Shown here in pieces: positions 20,470 to 31,557 of a stretch of 64,000 nt of DNA. A program made the translations under genes and the position numbers. This DNA is from Trypanosoma brucei (Eukaryota): the NCBI GenBank assembly GCA_000002445.1, contig CH464491.1, positions 544,001 to 608,000 of the forward strand, in the 5' to 3' direction. Position 1 is the first letter of the stretch; every line of letters starts with the position of its first letter. The notes below the pieces were generated by a model. The model did not search any database. It was not told the origin of the DNA and worked only from the letters and a program-made list of their open reading frames with translations.

Positions 20470-21246
20470 ATGACTAGTGAGTGCGTTACCGTAAAGGTGA
20501 AACTAGGCGGTGCAGCATTGCCTGCCCACGATTTGATGCAACTGGAAAGGAGGCTTATCGGAGCGCGTTCCCTTATGCAAGCGACGGAGAAAACTTTGAA
20601 GGAGACGGTGGTAGTGGTGTCACCAAACCTCAGAAAGGATGGTGATGAACGCAGGGACCACATTCTTAATGATGGAATGGTGAGTAAGCATACGCAACTT
20701 TCTTGGTATATTGTCGAAGACGTTCTTGCTGTGTACTACAGGCTCTCAACTCTCATAGAGGAGGAAGAGCGACAAGCGCGAATCCGTGTTGAACGATTTC
20801 ACTCAAGCACTATCAATCAAATGCGTCGAAGACACAATGCAGACCACCTCAGTAGCGCTAAGTGTGTCTATGAGCGATCCTGCGTTGAAGAGGATGCCCA
20901 CTGGGCTTTGAAGCTTGTGGCGCAGGAACATTCAGATTACCTCTTCTCCATCAAGATATTAGAAGAGGATGAGCGTCAGGACATTGCACGCCGTGTGGGG
21001 CTACCGATGCAAAATTCAACCCCGTTGCTGGGCTGGTCGCGCACACCTAACACTGTGTGGCAGCAGCCAGAACTCGCACCCTGGTGGGATCATTTAGAGG
21101 GGCCAGCTGGTTATTTCTGGGGCGTATCACCGAGTGGCGGCGTGGAAATGCCTCAGTGGAGTCATGTACACTGGGGAGACAATCCAGCCAGTGGGGGTTT
21201 CCAGTGTGTACCTGGTGAGTGGTGCCACCGCAGTAATCTTCAGTAG
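20470..21246 (+). CDS. Hypothetical protein
   Basis: Track start 20332 is GTG inside a (GT)n/poly-T tract. The first ATG at 20470 follows a T11 polypyrimidine tract. Confidence 0.45.
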   Translation: MTSECVTVKVKLGGAALPAHDLMQLERRLIGARSLMQATEKTLKETVVVVSPNLRKDGDERRDHILNDGMVSKHTQLSWYIVEDVLAVYYRLSTLIEEEERQARIRVERFHSSTINQMRRRHNADHLSSAKCVYERSCVEEDAHWALKLVAQEHSDYLFSIKILEEDERQDIARRVGLPMQNSTPLLGWSRTPNTVWQQPELAPWWDHLEGPAGYFWGVSPSGGVEMPQWSHVHWGDNPASGGFQCVPGEWCHRSNLQ

Positions 21247-21898
21247 TGGTTGTTCCTTAGCTGCTCACTTTTATTCGTTTACCCAACCCCTTGTTATTTT
21301 TTTTTGGTTACATCACGCATTGTAAACATGCACATATATATGTATGTGCTTGTGTGTGGTTTTCGAATTGCCACCACACACTCGCTGTACCTGGAATAGC
21401 TGCTGTGCGGAGAGTTACAGGGTTTCCAGTCTTACCGAGAGGAACGGGACGGGCGCTCGACAGTAGGAGCGGATATTGGAAAAGAATTTATATACCTACT
21501 CGAGGCTTGAAGTTGAAAAGTAATCTTGTTTTTTCTTTTTCGTCGTACTGTGGTTGAGCCCACCGGGGTCAGGGGAGCGCGATTTCTGGCATTCTCAAAA
21601 TATATCTGTTCTCACACAAATGCTTGCAGCCATTTGAACTCGCTTAAAGGGTCAACCGAGAGGTTCTCTACGCGGCCTTCGGGTGTGGTTCAGGTGAGTG
21701 GGCATGCGTGCGACGAGGACCCCTTCTGCTGCATGCCTTGTCATTTGCCTCTTTCATCTGGGTTTATATAAAAAGTTGGTAGCAAGCGTAGGGCAGTTGC
21801 GTGTTTTTCTAACGTCGCGATAGCAACATCGCGATTTGTGTGCAGCCAGAGAAACGTGGTTTCCGCCCTCTGGACTCACTTCAGTTCGCGGGCGGTCG

Positions 21899-23605
21899 AT
21901 GTCTTCATCTTTCTTGGTTCCTTTCACACTGAATGTGCGGCTATCAGTTTCATGCAGCAGCCTGCACGATGGTTTGGGTGGTCTTTTGTCGTTATTACGG
22001 GCCGATGACCACAGTGTGAAGGCAGGTACAATGTCGCGTGACCCATGTGCCGATGGGGAGAGACAGGATGCATTACGTCATCTTCTCAGCAGGGATGCCA
22101 GCGTCCTCTCGGAAATTGACTTCCGCGGCGACATCCCCGCCATTGAGGATTTCGCGTCCACTATCCGCAGTGTCGACAGCTTCGAGAAGGGGTATATTTC
22201 CCTTATTTTTCGTGAATATTGCAAGCGGATGGGTATAATTAGTGAGTGGAAAGCGTCCCTACAGGCTGCCCAAAGGGAGAGTTCGTTTCCCATATCGGGT
22301 GCGTTGCTGGACACAGTGATTGCCGAGGAGGCGAGTGCACGAGCGGAACTCCACACGTCCCGCGAGCATTTCGTGGAGTGGGCTAAGGGGGTGGCCCCAC
22401 GGTGGTTGGAGACGGCTCGCAACATGGGAGCCTCGAAGAAAACAGAGGATGGGGCTGCTGAGAGGGCACAAAATCAATTGGAAACTGTGATTGCTCAGCA
22501 GTTTGGCTTCAGTGGCAACGACGTGGTGAACAGCGGCCCCCCGTCGTCTCCCAGGGTGACAGGGGCCAACAGTGACGCGTTGCGCCGACAGGCGATTGCG
22601 ATGATTGAGCAAGAGCAGTCGCTGAGGAGACAAGAGGCGAAGACAAGGGTGGCGAGTCTACTTGAGCAGGAGGAACAGTTGCGTTGTCAAATGGAGGAAA
22701 GGCGCCAGAAGCGGGAAACCGAGGAAAAGCGGCACCACCAGGCCAATATGGAGGCATTCTGCCGACAGCTTAGGCAGGAGGAGGAGTCATTCCGTCAACG
22801 CATGGAGGCACGCGAGAGCGAGCGACTCCAGTTGCTTGAACACATTGAAGCAGAGGAGCAGTGGCTTTCTCAACGACTTGCTGATCGGGAGAGGCAACGT
22901 GCGCTGGAAATAGAGGCCAAGGAGAGAGCCGAGCGCGAGCAGCGAGAGTTGTACCGCGAGCACGTGGAGGCTGAGGAGGAGTTGCTTCGCAACCGTCTAC
23001 AACAGTATGAAGCGTCTCGAAAGATGGAGGCTGAAAAGGCACGACAGAAGGAAAAAGAGGATCGTGAGGAACTCTACGAGCATGTGCTAGCCGAGGAGCA
23101 ATTAATTCGACAACGACTTGAACAGCGGGAGAAAGAGGCTGAGCGGAGGGCTAGGTACGAGCTGTACCATGCAGGAAGAGCAGACGCAGGACTAGGCAAC
23201 ACAGATTCGACCTTGCCGGAGCATTCCTTCGGTACGCAGCAGCTCGTAGGATACCAAGCAATTAACAATTCATATACGGGTGTAGGATTGTGTGGGGAAA
23301 GGCAGGCCTTCACATCGCCCCAAGGGCATCCCCATTCTTATCATCAGCAGGTGCACTCTCTGCCCCATGTTCAGCATTACCAGCAACAGTATCTCCCACA
23401 GGTGATCACATCCCCAGCTCAACCCAGTTGCTATCCCGTTGCGCCAGCCGTCCCACAGCCCGCCACCGTTTACTCTCCCCTTACACAGTCAGTTGTTACA
23501 CCACCTTACAATCACTACGTGTCTTATCACCCCCAGGGAGAGCTGCGATCTCCGCAGCCACCCCAAATGTTTCCTGGGAATCACCCATATTACTTGAACC
23601 GTTGA
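21899..23605 (+). CDS. Coiled-coil repeat protein with Q/P/Y-rich low-complexity C-terminus
   Basis: Track start is TTG; the first ATG is at 21899 (another at 22032). Central ~40-aa degenerate repeats (E.EEQ/ELL..RL..RE...) are followed by a QQ/PQ/Y-rich tail. Confidence 0.6.
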   Translation: MSSSFLVPFTLNVRLSVSCSSLHDGLGGLLSLLRADDHSVKAGTMSRDPCADGERQDALRHLLSRDASVLSEIDFRGDIPAIEDFASTIRSVDSFEKGYISLIFREYCKRMGIISEWKASLQAAQRESSFPISGALLDTVIAEEASARAELHTSREHFVEWAKGVAPRWLETARNMGASKKTEDGAAERAQNQLETVIAQQFGFSGNDVVNSGPPSSPRVTGANSDALRRQAIAMIEQEQSLRRQEAKTRVASLLEQEEQLRCQMEERRQKRETEEKRHHQANMEAFCRQLRQEEESFRQRMEARESERLQLLEHIEAEEQWLSQRLADRERQRALEIEAKERAEREQRELYREHVEAEEELLRNRLQQYEASRKMEAEKARQKEKEDREELYEHVLAEEQLIRQRLEQREKEAERRARYELYHAGRADAGLGNTDSTLPEHSFGTQQLVGYQAINNSYTGVGLCGERQAFTSPQGHPHSYHQQVHSLPHVQHYQQQYLPQVITSPAQPSCYPVAPAVPQPATVYSPLTQSVVTPPYNHYVSYHPQGELRSPQPPQMFPGNHPYYLNR

Positions 23606-24034
23606 GTCCGTGAGCGCTTGTTTCGAGTCGTGAATAAGAAGATGCTTTTTGGCCGTGGTCTGGTCACCACTGGCATTGCTCGCCTTTGCAAAAGCACAAA
23701 CTGGGTCTTTTTCTTAACTCGATTCTGGGCTGCACCGTTCTGCTTCCCGTTTTGTTTCTTTTAACCCATTTTTTTTGTTTCCACCCTTCTCATATCTAGG
23801 TGATAATTGTGCTTTGCCACGTGAAACTAGGAACATTTTTTTTGCCGCTGGAAGGTTGGTTTCCATAGCGACGGCGATTACTAGAGGGTTGTTGTCGTCT
23901 GGCAGGTATATATAAATAAAAAAAAAATATATATATACACTGGTTAAGTGTGCTCCACAGGGTGTCTGAAGAATTTATTACATTTTTAAATTTGCTCGGT
24001 TTGTGTGTGCGTGTGATACTTGCCCTCCGCTCGT

Positions 24035-26290
24035 ATGAAGCTGAGGGCTGACTCCCGTGGGGGTGGGGAGCAGGATATCAGGGCCAGCTTCGGCCACTCT
24101 ACCCCACGTGACACTGGTGAGAGTCCATCTATTCAACCCGTGGAAGGCCCGATCCCCCTAAATTTCCAATACGACCCGAAAGTCACATCATTAGAGGGAG
24201 CGCTGCTCTTTGTTGGCCGCACCTCCTCTGCGAACGTGAATAGTGTCAACCAAAAGCATCTTCACGGTAACTCCGGTGTTGCAATCCCGAATTCACCGGA
24301 GCTGGTTGGAGGAAACCAGCCGCTTGCGTCCGCTCGTTCATCGGTGGCTGACAATTCTGATCAAAGCAGCGGTAAGAAAAAGAGTGCCGTCGGTACGGGA
24401 TCTATAGGTGGCCGTCACCACGATCCAAACGCACCAGCAGCGAAAATCATAGTTAACGAGACGCAGGGGAGAACGTTGAATAAACCAAAGAGTGCCGCTG
24501 CCGACATCGTGAACGAGACTCCCCACGCTGAGGGCACTGGTGTGAAGAGTGCTTTTTGGGCTGTAGCGAAAAATGTAAGTGATAGAACTCCACTGAGCGG
24601 TCAGTCAAAGCCCCCACCTCGAAAAAATAGCAACGACGGCAGCCCAACCCCGGACCATGCGGGTGACGAGCCTATAGACGTGCGGGCGTGCAACTTTAAG
24701 TTCAAAATCATCCGAGAATTGGGTGGTGGAGGCTTTGGAAAGGTGTATCAGGCAATACTGGGTGACGGTAGGTTTGTAGCGGTTAAGAAGATGAAGATAA
24801 CATCCCACGATAAGGTGATCGACAGAGAGGTCCGCGTGCTGAGCACGCTTCCGCCGCACAAACACTGTGTCCGTTACCTTGGCTCGAAGAGGAGCAGTAA
24901 TCACTATTACATTTTCATGGAATACGTCAGTGGGGGTAGTATCCGTTACATTCGTAAAAGTGCTGGGGTGTTTGAGGAACCAGTGATGCGGCGCTGTGTG
25001 AAGATGGTTTTAGAGGGTCTTCAACACATTCACAGACACGACATCGTTCACCGCGATATCAAAGGGGAAAATGTTCTGCTTGACGAGAAAGGTTGCGTAA
25101 AAATTGTTGATTTCGGCGCATGCAAGGTTTTGAATAGCGGCCACAATACTGTGGGTAGTGTTGGCACACCGTATTGGATGTCCCCGGAGGTCTGCCGTGG
25201 GGAAGCGGCTACGGAGAAATCAGACGTATGGGGTGTGGGGTGCCTCTGTCTTGAGATGACAAATGAGTCGGGCATACCGTGGGAGTTCCATTCGACTGCC
25301 AACAATACGCAAGCTGTTCTCTATTCCATCGCGGCAGCAAAGAACCCTCCCAAAATCCCTCAACATCTTTCCCCAGCCGCTCGCGACTTCATTGCTTGCA
25401 CTCTGAGGGTCGACCCGAAGGATCGCCCTACTGTGGATAAGTTGTTGCAGCATCCCTTCTTTTCGCAAAGCTATTCCGCTGCGCAACCTGTTGAACGTGA
25501 AGCGGTGATGTCGAGGGTGGAGAGCTTCGACTTCGTCAACACTATTTCAACTCTTTCTCAACCGGGAGATGCAGCAAGTACCGGCAGCAAACCACCTGTC
25601 GTGAACATCGGACCCGTAATGATTAGCACAGGTTGTAAGACTGTGGCGCCGAGTAAAGACAAGGAGAAATCTCAGTCGCCGACCTATCAACTCAAGGCAG
25701 CAAGCAGCGACGACGATGATGATTACTGCAGGGTGCGTAATGTTATTAGACCTCAGGGAAATCTTGAACGGTATCCCCCGCCAGGTACCCCCGGAGATGA
25801 AGGTATCATCGGGAAGCGCAAGAAATCTGTTATTGCGACCCCCTCTCGCGTGGGTAAAGATGAGGTTAAGGAGATGCTAGAGGTGACCCCGGCACCACAA
25901 GCACGTGCGACTGGAGTGGGGCCCCCTGCTGATGTTCGTGTGTCGCCCCTTCCCAATCCAAGCAGCAGTAGCCCGGTGAGGGTGGTGAGGGCTCAGCCGC
26001 CTCCACGGCAGAGGCGAAGCACCGAAGCGTCTAATCCTTCTTCAACACGTGTAAGTTCTTCCTTAACTTCTGGAAAACCTGCCGGTGACCCCCCTGTGAC
26101 GAATTCGCTTGCCGAAGGAACAGCTAAGCGGAAAAAGACCAATGAGTCTGGCAAGTCGGCATCCGAACCCGGGCACAACGACGGCCGCCCAAGTAAGGAT
26201 AATCCTGGGCGCTCAAATAGTTCTGCGTGGTGGCGGCCCAAACAGGGATCTGACACCAACAAATCGGTGATCAAGTGGTTGATCAAATAA
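24035..26290 (+). CDS. Serine/threonine protein kinase (STE-like)
   Basis: Gly-loop LGGGGFGKVYQA followed by VAVKKM, the catalytic loop HRDIKGENVLL, DFG, and the GTPYWMSPEV activation segment/APE motif. Track start is TTG; the first ATG is at 24035. Confidence 0.9.
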   Translation: MKLRADSRGGGEQDIRASFGHSTPRDTGESPSIQPVEGPIPLNFQYDPKVTSLEGALLFVGRTSSANVNSVNQKHLHGNSGVAIPNSPELVGGNQPLASARSSVADNSDQSSGKKKSAVGTGSIGGRHHDPNAPAAKIIVNETQGRTLNKPKSAAADIVNETPHAEGTGVKSAFWAVAKNVSDRTPLSGQSKPPPRKNSNDGSPTPDHAGDEPIDVRACNFKFKIIRELGGGGFGKVYQAILGDGRFVAVKKMKITSHDKVIDREVRVLSTLPPHKHCVRYLGSKRSSNHYYIFMEYVSGGSIRYIRKSAGVFEEPVMRRCVKMVLEGLQHIHRHDIVHRDIKGENVLLDEKGCVKIVDFGACKVLNSGHNTVGSVGTPYWMSPEVCRGEAATEKSDVWGVGCLCLEMTNESGIPWEFHSTANNTQAVLYSIAAAKNPPKIPQHLSPAARDFIACTLRVDPKDRPTVDKLLQHPFFSQSYSAAQPVEREAVMSRVESFDFVNTISTLSQPGDAASTGSKPPVVNIGPVMISTGCKTVAPSKDKEKSQSPTYQLKAASSDDDDDYCRVRNVIRPQGNLERYPPPGTPGDEGIIGKRKKSVIATPSRVGKDEVKEMLEVTPAPQARATGVGPPADVRVSPLPNPSSSSPVRVVRAQPPPRQRRSTEASNPSSTRVSSSLTSGKPAGDPPVTNSLAEGTAKRKKTNESGKSASEPGHNDGRPSKDNPGRSNSSAWWRPKQGSDTNKSVIKWLIK

Positions 26291-26605
26291 AATGCGACAT
26301 GGACTCAAGTTACTTGCCTGAGGTTTATTAATTTTAATTTACCTCGAAAGCGCCGTATATTCAGGCCTCTTTGTTTTATTCTCTCGTACCCCCCTAGCAC
26401 CTGCCAACCGCCTGTGGCGAGACTTGGATGTACGCAGTGCGTATGCGTGTATATGCTTGCTATTGCTGCACCCATGTGGGAGCGTACTTTTTTTGACATT
26501 TTGGCGTGTGGTCATACGCCCTTTCGACTATCAAAAAGTGAGAAATCGTAGCCGAGGGCAGTGTGGTTCCCCGAGCTCAGCCCACAGCGGGAATGTTTGG
26601 GTACA

Positions 26606-26652
26606 ATGTATACATATATCTGTATATATATATACATATATGCATATACATT
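26606..26652. repeat. AT/TA-rich compound microsatellite
   Basis: tacatatatctgtatatatatatacatatatgcatataca. Confidence 0.8.
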
Positions 26653-27015
26653 GTGTTCATGCAGGCTTTTAATATATGTTTGTAGTGATGGTATATTCTA
26701 TGTTCTTTAGTACATATACGGTGGTTAGTGCTAACTATACGTCCAAAAGCAGGCGTATTTTTCTCCCTACCCTGTTTTCTTTTCTTTTTCTTGCTCGTGG
26801 CGGTGAAGACATTGTGTTATTCCCCCTGCAACCTCTCAGGTAGTAGTTGCAGCGATGCCACCACCACCTTTGCCAAGCTGATACGGCGGTTCATTCATCG
26901 GAACAAAAAAGACTGAAAAAAGGGCAAGTTCATTTGGTGTCTGATGGAACTTGTTGATAATTATGGTTAACCATCACTCATTGCCGATGCCACATATCTT
27001 TTTTTAAGATTCAAT

Positions 27016-27060
27016 TCCTTCTCTTTCTTCTCTTTCTAAACTATTCTGTGCGAACTGCAG
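27016..27060 (+). promoter_or_regulatory. Polypyrimidine tract plus AG acceptor immediately upstream of P0 copy 1
   Basis: cttctctttcttctctttctaaactattctgtgcgaactgcag ends ~22 nt before the ATG, implying a very short 5'UTR, as is common for ribosomal protein mRNAs. Confidence 0.55.
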
Positions 27061-27081
27061 GCTCCGTTGTAACAAACAGTT

Positions 27082-28056
27082 ATGCCATCCGTTTCCCAGG
27101 AGAAACGTGACTATGAGGATCGCCTCAACGGCTGCCTCACGAAGTACAGCCGTGTGCTCTTCTGCCTGATGGACAATGTTCGCTCGCAGCAGGTGCACGG
27201 TGTACGCCGTGATCTCCGCGGTAAGGGTGAGCTGGTGATGGGAAAGAAGACGTTGCAGAAGAAGATCGTGGAGAAGCGCGCTGAGGGCAACAAGGCCACA
27301 GATGCTGATAAGCTGTTCCACCAGGTTTGCACCGATAAGCAGCTTCTGTGTGGCAACACATCGATGATATTCACGAACAGCGAAGTGTCTGATATCACCA
27401 GCGTGTTGGACAGCCACCGTGTTCAGGCGCCTGCGCGTGTTGGTGCCATTGCCCCATGTGATGTTATTGTGCCCGCCGGTAACACGGGTATGGAGCCGAA
27501 GGCAACGGCGTTCTTCCAAGCGTTGAACATCGCGACGAAGATTTCCAAGGGTACTGTGGAGATTGTGAGCGACAAGAAGGTACTGAGCACTGGTGACAAG
27601 GTGGATAACTCCACGGCGACGCTGCTGCAGAAGCTCGACATCTCACCTTTCTATTACCAGGTCGAGGTGCAATCCGTGTGGGACCGCGGTGTGCTGTTTA
27701 CCCGTGAAGATCTCTCCGTCACCGATGCGGTTGTGGAGAAGTACCTCCTCGAAGGAATCAGCAACATCAGCGCTATGTCACTGGGTGCTGGTATCCCAAC
27801 TGCCGCTACACTGCCGCACATGATTGTCGACGCCTTCAAGACTCTTCTCGGCGCCTCCGTTGCCACGAATTACGAGTTTGAGGAATACGACGGAAAGAAC
27901 CTGCGCACAGCCGCCTTGGAGGGTAAACTCGGTGGTGGCGAAGCTGCTGCCCCCGCCGCTGCCGCTGCTGCCGCCGCCCCCGCCGCCGCTCCCGCTGCCG
28001 CCGCAGCTGAGGAGGAGGAGGATGATGATGACTTTGGCATGGGTGCTCTCTTCTAG
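27082..28056 (+). CDS. RPLP0: 60S acidic ribosomal protein P0 (copy 1)
   Basis: 324 aa with the uL10/P0 N-terminal domain, an Ala/Pro-rich hinge and the conserved P-protein C-terminus [15 protein letters not shown]. Stop codon is TAG. Confidence 0.95.
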   Translation: MPSVSQEKRDYEDRLNGCLTKYSRVLFCLMDNVRSQQVHGVRRDLRGKGELVMGKKTLQKKIVEKRAEGNKATDADKLFHQVCTDKQLLCGNTSMIFTNSEVSDITSVLDSHRVQAPARVGAIAPCDVIVPAGNTGMEPKATAFFQALNIATKISKGTVEIVSDKKVLSTGDKVDNSTATLLQKLDISPFYYQVEVQSVWDRGVLFTREDLSVTDAVVEKYLLEGISNISAMSLGAGIPTAATLPHMIVDAFKTLLGASVATNYEFEEYDGKNLRTAALEGKLGGGEAAAPAAAAAAAAPAAAPAAAAAEEEEDDDDFGMGALF

Positions 28057-28313
28057 TGATTTGAATGGAGTCTTCACTTATTTTTCTTATTTTTCATTTT
28101 CTCGTTGCTATGCGTCCATAGTTAATTGAATGTTTTGGTTTCATTCGTTTGTTGCAGACAGCCAAACCAACAGAAACGTTTGTGAACCAGTTTTTCGTAT
28201 TTGAAACGTTCTATTTTTCTTTTTCTTCTGTTGTTCTCCTCCCATCATAATCGCAAAATTTAAATTCCGTCTGAGCCGGAGAGAGCCGGATTGACCTACT
28301 ATAAAACGTAGTT

Positions 28314-29288
28314 ATGCCATCCGTTTCCCAGGAGAAACGTGACTATGAGGATCGCCTCAACGGCTGCCTCACGAAGTACAGCCGTGTGCTCTTCTGCCTG
28401 ATGGACAATGTTCGCTCGCAGCAGGTGCACGGTGTACGCCGTGATCTCCGCGGTAAGGGTGAGCTGGTGATGGGAAAGAAGACGTTGCAGAAGAAGATCG
28501 TGGAGAAGCGCGCTGAGGGCAACAAGGCCACAGATGCTGATAAGCTGTTCCACCAGGTTTGCACCGATAAGCAGCTTCTGTGTGGCAACACATCGATGAT
28601 ATTCACGAACAGCGAAGTGTCTGATATCACCAGCGTGTTGGACAGCCACCGTGTTCAGGCGCCTGCGCGTGTTGGTGCCATTGCCCCATGTGATGTTATT
28701 GTGCCCGCCGGTAACACGGGTATGGAGCCGAAGGCAACGGCGTTCTTCCAAGCGTTGAACATCGCGACGAAGATTTCCAAGGGTACTGTGGAGATTGTGA
28801 GCGACAAGAAGGTACTGAGCACTGGTGACAAGGTGGATAACTCCACGGCGACGCTGCTGCAGAAGCTCGACATCTCACCTTTCTATTACCAGGTCGAGGT
28901 GCAATCCGTGTGGGACCGCGGTGTGCTGTTTACCCGTGAAGATCTCTCCGTCACCGATGCGGTTGTGGAGAAGTACCTCCTCGAAGGAATCAGCAACATC
29001 AGCGCTATGTCACTGGGTGCTGGTATCCCAACTGCCGCTACACTGCCGCACATGATTGTCGACGCCTTCAAGACTCTTCTCGGCGCCTCCGTTGCCACGA
29101 ATTACGAGTTTGAGGAATACGACGGAAAGAACCTGCGCACAGCCGCCTTGGAGGGTAAACTCGGTGGTGGCGAAGCTGCTGCCCCCGCCGCTGCCGCTGC
29201 TGCCGCCGCCCCCGCCGCCGCTCCCGCTGCCGCCGCAGCTGAGGAGGAGGAGGATGATGATGACTTTGGCATGGGTGCTCTCTTCTAA
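28314..29288 (+). CDS. RPLP0: 60S acidic ribosomal protein P0 (copy 2, identical CDS)
   Basis: Its translation is identical to copy 1. All overlapping spurious ORFs in the other frames are also identical, which implies nucleotide identity. Stop codon is TAA. Confidence 0.95.
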   Translation: MPSVSQEKRDYEDRLNGCLTKYSRVLFCLMDNVRSQQVHGVRRDLRGKGELVMGKKTLQKKIVEKRAEGNKATDADKLFHQVCTDKQLLCGNTSMIFTNSEVSDITSVLDSHRVQAPARVGAIAPCDVIVPAGNTGMEPKATAFFQALNIATKISKGTVEIVSDKKVLSTGDKVDNSTATLLQKLDISPFYYQVEVQSVWDRGVLFTREDLSVTDAVVEKYLLEGISNISAMSLGAGIPTAATLPHMIVDAFKTLLGASVATNYEFEEYDGKNLRTAALEGKLGGGEAAAPAAAAAAAAPAAAPAAAAAEEEEDDDDFGMGALF

Positions 29289-29479
29289 GCACGATGTTTT
29301 ACCTGATGGTCTCCGGCATCCATTCTTTTTTACTTTGTTCTTTTTTTTTTTGCCTTGGTGGTGATCAATACCTTGGTAGACTGAAATGTTCTGCAGTGTT
29401 GTTGCACCTGTTCGTGGTTTAGCGATGGTTAACCACTAGTTGGTGTTTTTGTGCGTGTGTTGAAACCTATTGACAGGCC

Positions 29480-29570
29480 TCTCTCTTCCGTTTACTTCAC
29501 TTTTCTTTTTTTGCTAACAACTTCCAACCCCCTATCGACCCCCAACAACTACTATATTTTTAAACTTAAG
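29480..29570 (+). promoter_or_regulatory. Polypyrimidine tract between P0 copy 2 and the downstream gene
   Basis: A long C/T-rich run followed by AG dinucleotides, positioned to direct polyadenylation of P0 copy 2 and SL trans-splicing of the 29651 gene. Confidence 0.5.
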
Positions 29571-29650
29571 TATGTTCGTGTGTGTGGTAAACGGAAGGAA
29601 CTGACATCCGTTTGAACTACCCCTGCACCTTTGAAAGGCTCTGTTCCACA

Positions 29651-30055
29651 ATGGTGCGCTCGCTTGTTGTGTTGCTGACTTATGATGAACCAGAATGTGG
29701 TGGTGCAGCCGACGCACTTGTTGTTCACCTTCAACGGGACTGCGCAGCACTCGCGGATAGATGTCAGTTATCGGCTCGGCCAATATCTATTCTCCAGAAT
29801 TCTTCCCACCGTGACGCACTGTACAGGACACTGCAGGACCTTATTCAAGTGAAACCGCAAGATATTTACGCTATCAGTTTTTTAAAAGACAACAACCCTG
29901 ATGAATACCGCAAAATCCGAGAACTTTGCAACGGTGTCAAGCCACGACGTATCAAGCACCAGATACTTACACACCTCGCGAACTACAATGATGTGGGGCT
30001 CATTATAAGAAACCTTGTGCGGCTAGTGTTGGATGAGATGTCCCGTGACGTATGA
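29651..30055 (+). CDS. Hypothetical small protein
   Basis: Track start is TTG; the first ATG is at 29651. A long polypyrimidine tract lies at 29480-29570 upstream. Confidence 0.4.
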   Translation: MVRSLVVLLTYDEPECGGAADALVVHLQRDCAALADRCQLSARPISILQNSSHRDALYRTLQDLIQVKPQDIYAISFLKDNNPDEYRKIRELCNGVKPRRIKHQILTHLANYNDVGLIIRNLVRLVLDEMSRDV

Positions 30056-30424
30056 TGGCTCTGTGTGTTGTTTGTAGTGTGCGAGTTTGTGGGAGGGGAG
30101 GCAGGGTACGCTGTGGCCAAGTTGGAGGCGGTGACGCCAAATGAGTGCCTCGGGATGTTTGTACTGACTGGGGCACAGACAGAAGTATGGTTCATGCGTG
30201 TTGGTTATCCTTGTGACTATGTGGACGGGGCTCATTAAGACACAGGGCCTTTGTTGCGCTTTTATGAGTTGGTTGCTGAGTGGGCGTATGAATATACACA
30301 TAATGCACACATGCTTATATTCAAACTCTCTTTCTTGTTCTTCAGTTTTCTCCGCTTTCGGTTTTTTGCCTGTCTTTATATGTACCGCTGCTTGTTCACT
30401 CCAAATCCTGTATGTTGGCACGCG

Positions 30425-30448
30425 CGCACACACACACACACACACACA
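30425..30448. repeat. (CA)n microsatellite
   Basis: gcacacacacacacacacacacag. Confidence 0.9.
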
Positions 30449-30567
30449 GAAAAACACATAGTTGCTTGCTTTGTTGTTACGCTTGACTGAACTGCTATTC
30501 ATGTATGCTTCCCAGTTTCTATTTCATCCCCGTTGTGTGTTAGTTTGTTGTCGGCGGGGAGTTTGTT

Positions 30568-31557
30568 ATGAATGATTGGATTACTAAGGCTTTGGAGGAG
30601 AAGCAGATCTTATCTCTTCCATCTCTTGCAGATGTAAAAGGGGTCTTCTGTGTGGCACGGGAGCATGAGTGGTATGATGATTGTGTTGTGATGGACTGGA
30701 CGGCCCTGCACCGTGGACTCCGGCCGAGTACCTCCTCATTTAATCCCACTGTTGCAGTGGCTGAGGTAATGCGTTTTGGATGTGAGTTGGAGGGGGATGG
30801 AAGTCTGGCGACAGCGTTGGAATTGCGCACCCCGTGGTGCGTGGTGCCACTCGCCGAGCAGGCGCAGCGACTCAGTGTTTTTTTACATCCATCTGGTGCG
30901 AATGTTAAGCCATACATGTTTTGCCGTGGACCACCTGGGCAGCGTAGCGTTCGTGATGACCTTCACTCTGTCCTTCAAGGGGTTCAGCGGCAGCTGCGGG
31001 ACTCGGGCATCAGGTGTCATGTGTTCTTTGGAAGTGTCATCGTGGTGTCAGATGACTTTGAGCATTTGATGCACCTCACGGCGGCGGTGTATCGGGCGCT
31101 GAAGAGTGCCGGCATCGAGTTAAACGCAAATGCCTCGTCATTTGAGCCGAGACGAGTCTTTAGGACTGCTGGTGGTTTGTGTTGGAATACATTGAGCCCC
31201 ATATCTTTGAAGAGTGTTGATAACATGGCTGCGCTTCTAGTTGATTTGTTTTACATGTGGTTGGGAGACTTCTACCTGTGGTTGTGTGTAACACCACCGG
31301 AATCGTTGCTGGGTGTGGCCGGGAGGGACGAGGACAAAATGAAGGTGTTTCGTGACTTCATTGTGAAGAGGGTGGTGCCGAACTGCGAATGTATTGAGTT
31401 TAACGGTTTAGCTGACGTGGACGTGGAGGAACTGCTTACAGCTGCTAAGCCCCTCCTGAAACGGAAACTACCACTTGTTGGACCGCAGAAGTGGAGTGCA
31501 CTTGAGTTGCGATTGTGCCTTGCGGCTTTGAAAGCTTACGAGCACCCGCCCCCGTGA
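30568..31557 (+). CDS. Hypothetical protein
   Basis: 329 aa ORF with an ATG start, in the cluster orientation. Confidence 0.5.
   Translation: MNDWITKALEEKQILSLPSLADVKGVFCVAREHEWYDDCVVMDWTALHRGLRPSTSSFNPTVAVAEVMRFGCELEGDGSLATALELRTPWCVVPLAEQAQRLSVFLHPSGANVKPYMFCRGPPGQRSVRDDLHSVLQGVQRQLRDSGIRCHVFFGSVIVVSDDFEHLMHLTAAVYRALKSAGIELNANASSFEPRRVFRTAGGLCWNTLSPISLKSVDNMAALLVDLFYMWLGDFYLWLCVTPPESLLGVAGRDEDKMKVFRDFIVKRVVPNCECIEFNGLADVDVEELLTAAKPLLKRKLPLVGPQKWSALELRLCLAALKAYEHPPP

Larger units (their letters stand above)
27078..29288 (+). repeat. Tandem direct duplication (~1232 bp period) of the P0 coding sequence
   Basis: Identity begins ~4 nt upstream of each ATG (agttATG) and ends at the second base of the stop codon. 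The flanking 5' and 3' sequences are unrelated. Confidence 0.9.

Noticed and set aside
27004-27519. 171-aa and 150-aa minus-strand ORFs (also 28299-28751) antisense to the P0 genes, plus numerous 60-130 aa ORFs overlapping other large + strand genes
   Set aside because: These are antisense or out-of-frame shadows of strongly supported coding genes. Their duplication simply mirrors the P0 duplication.
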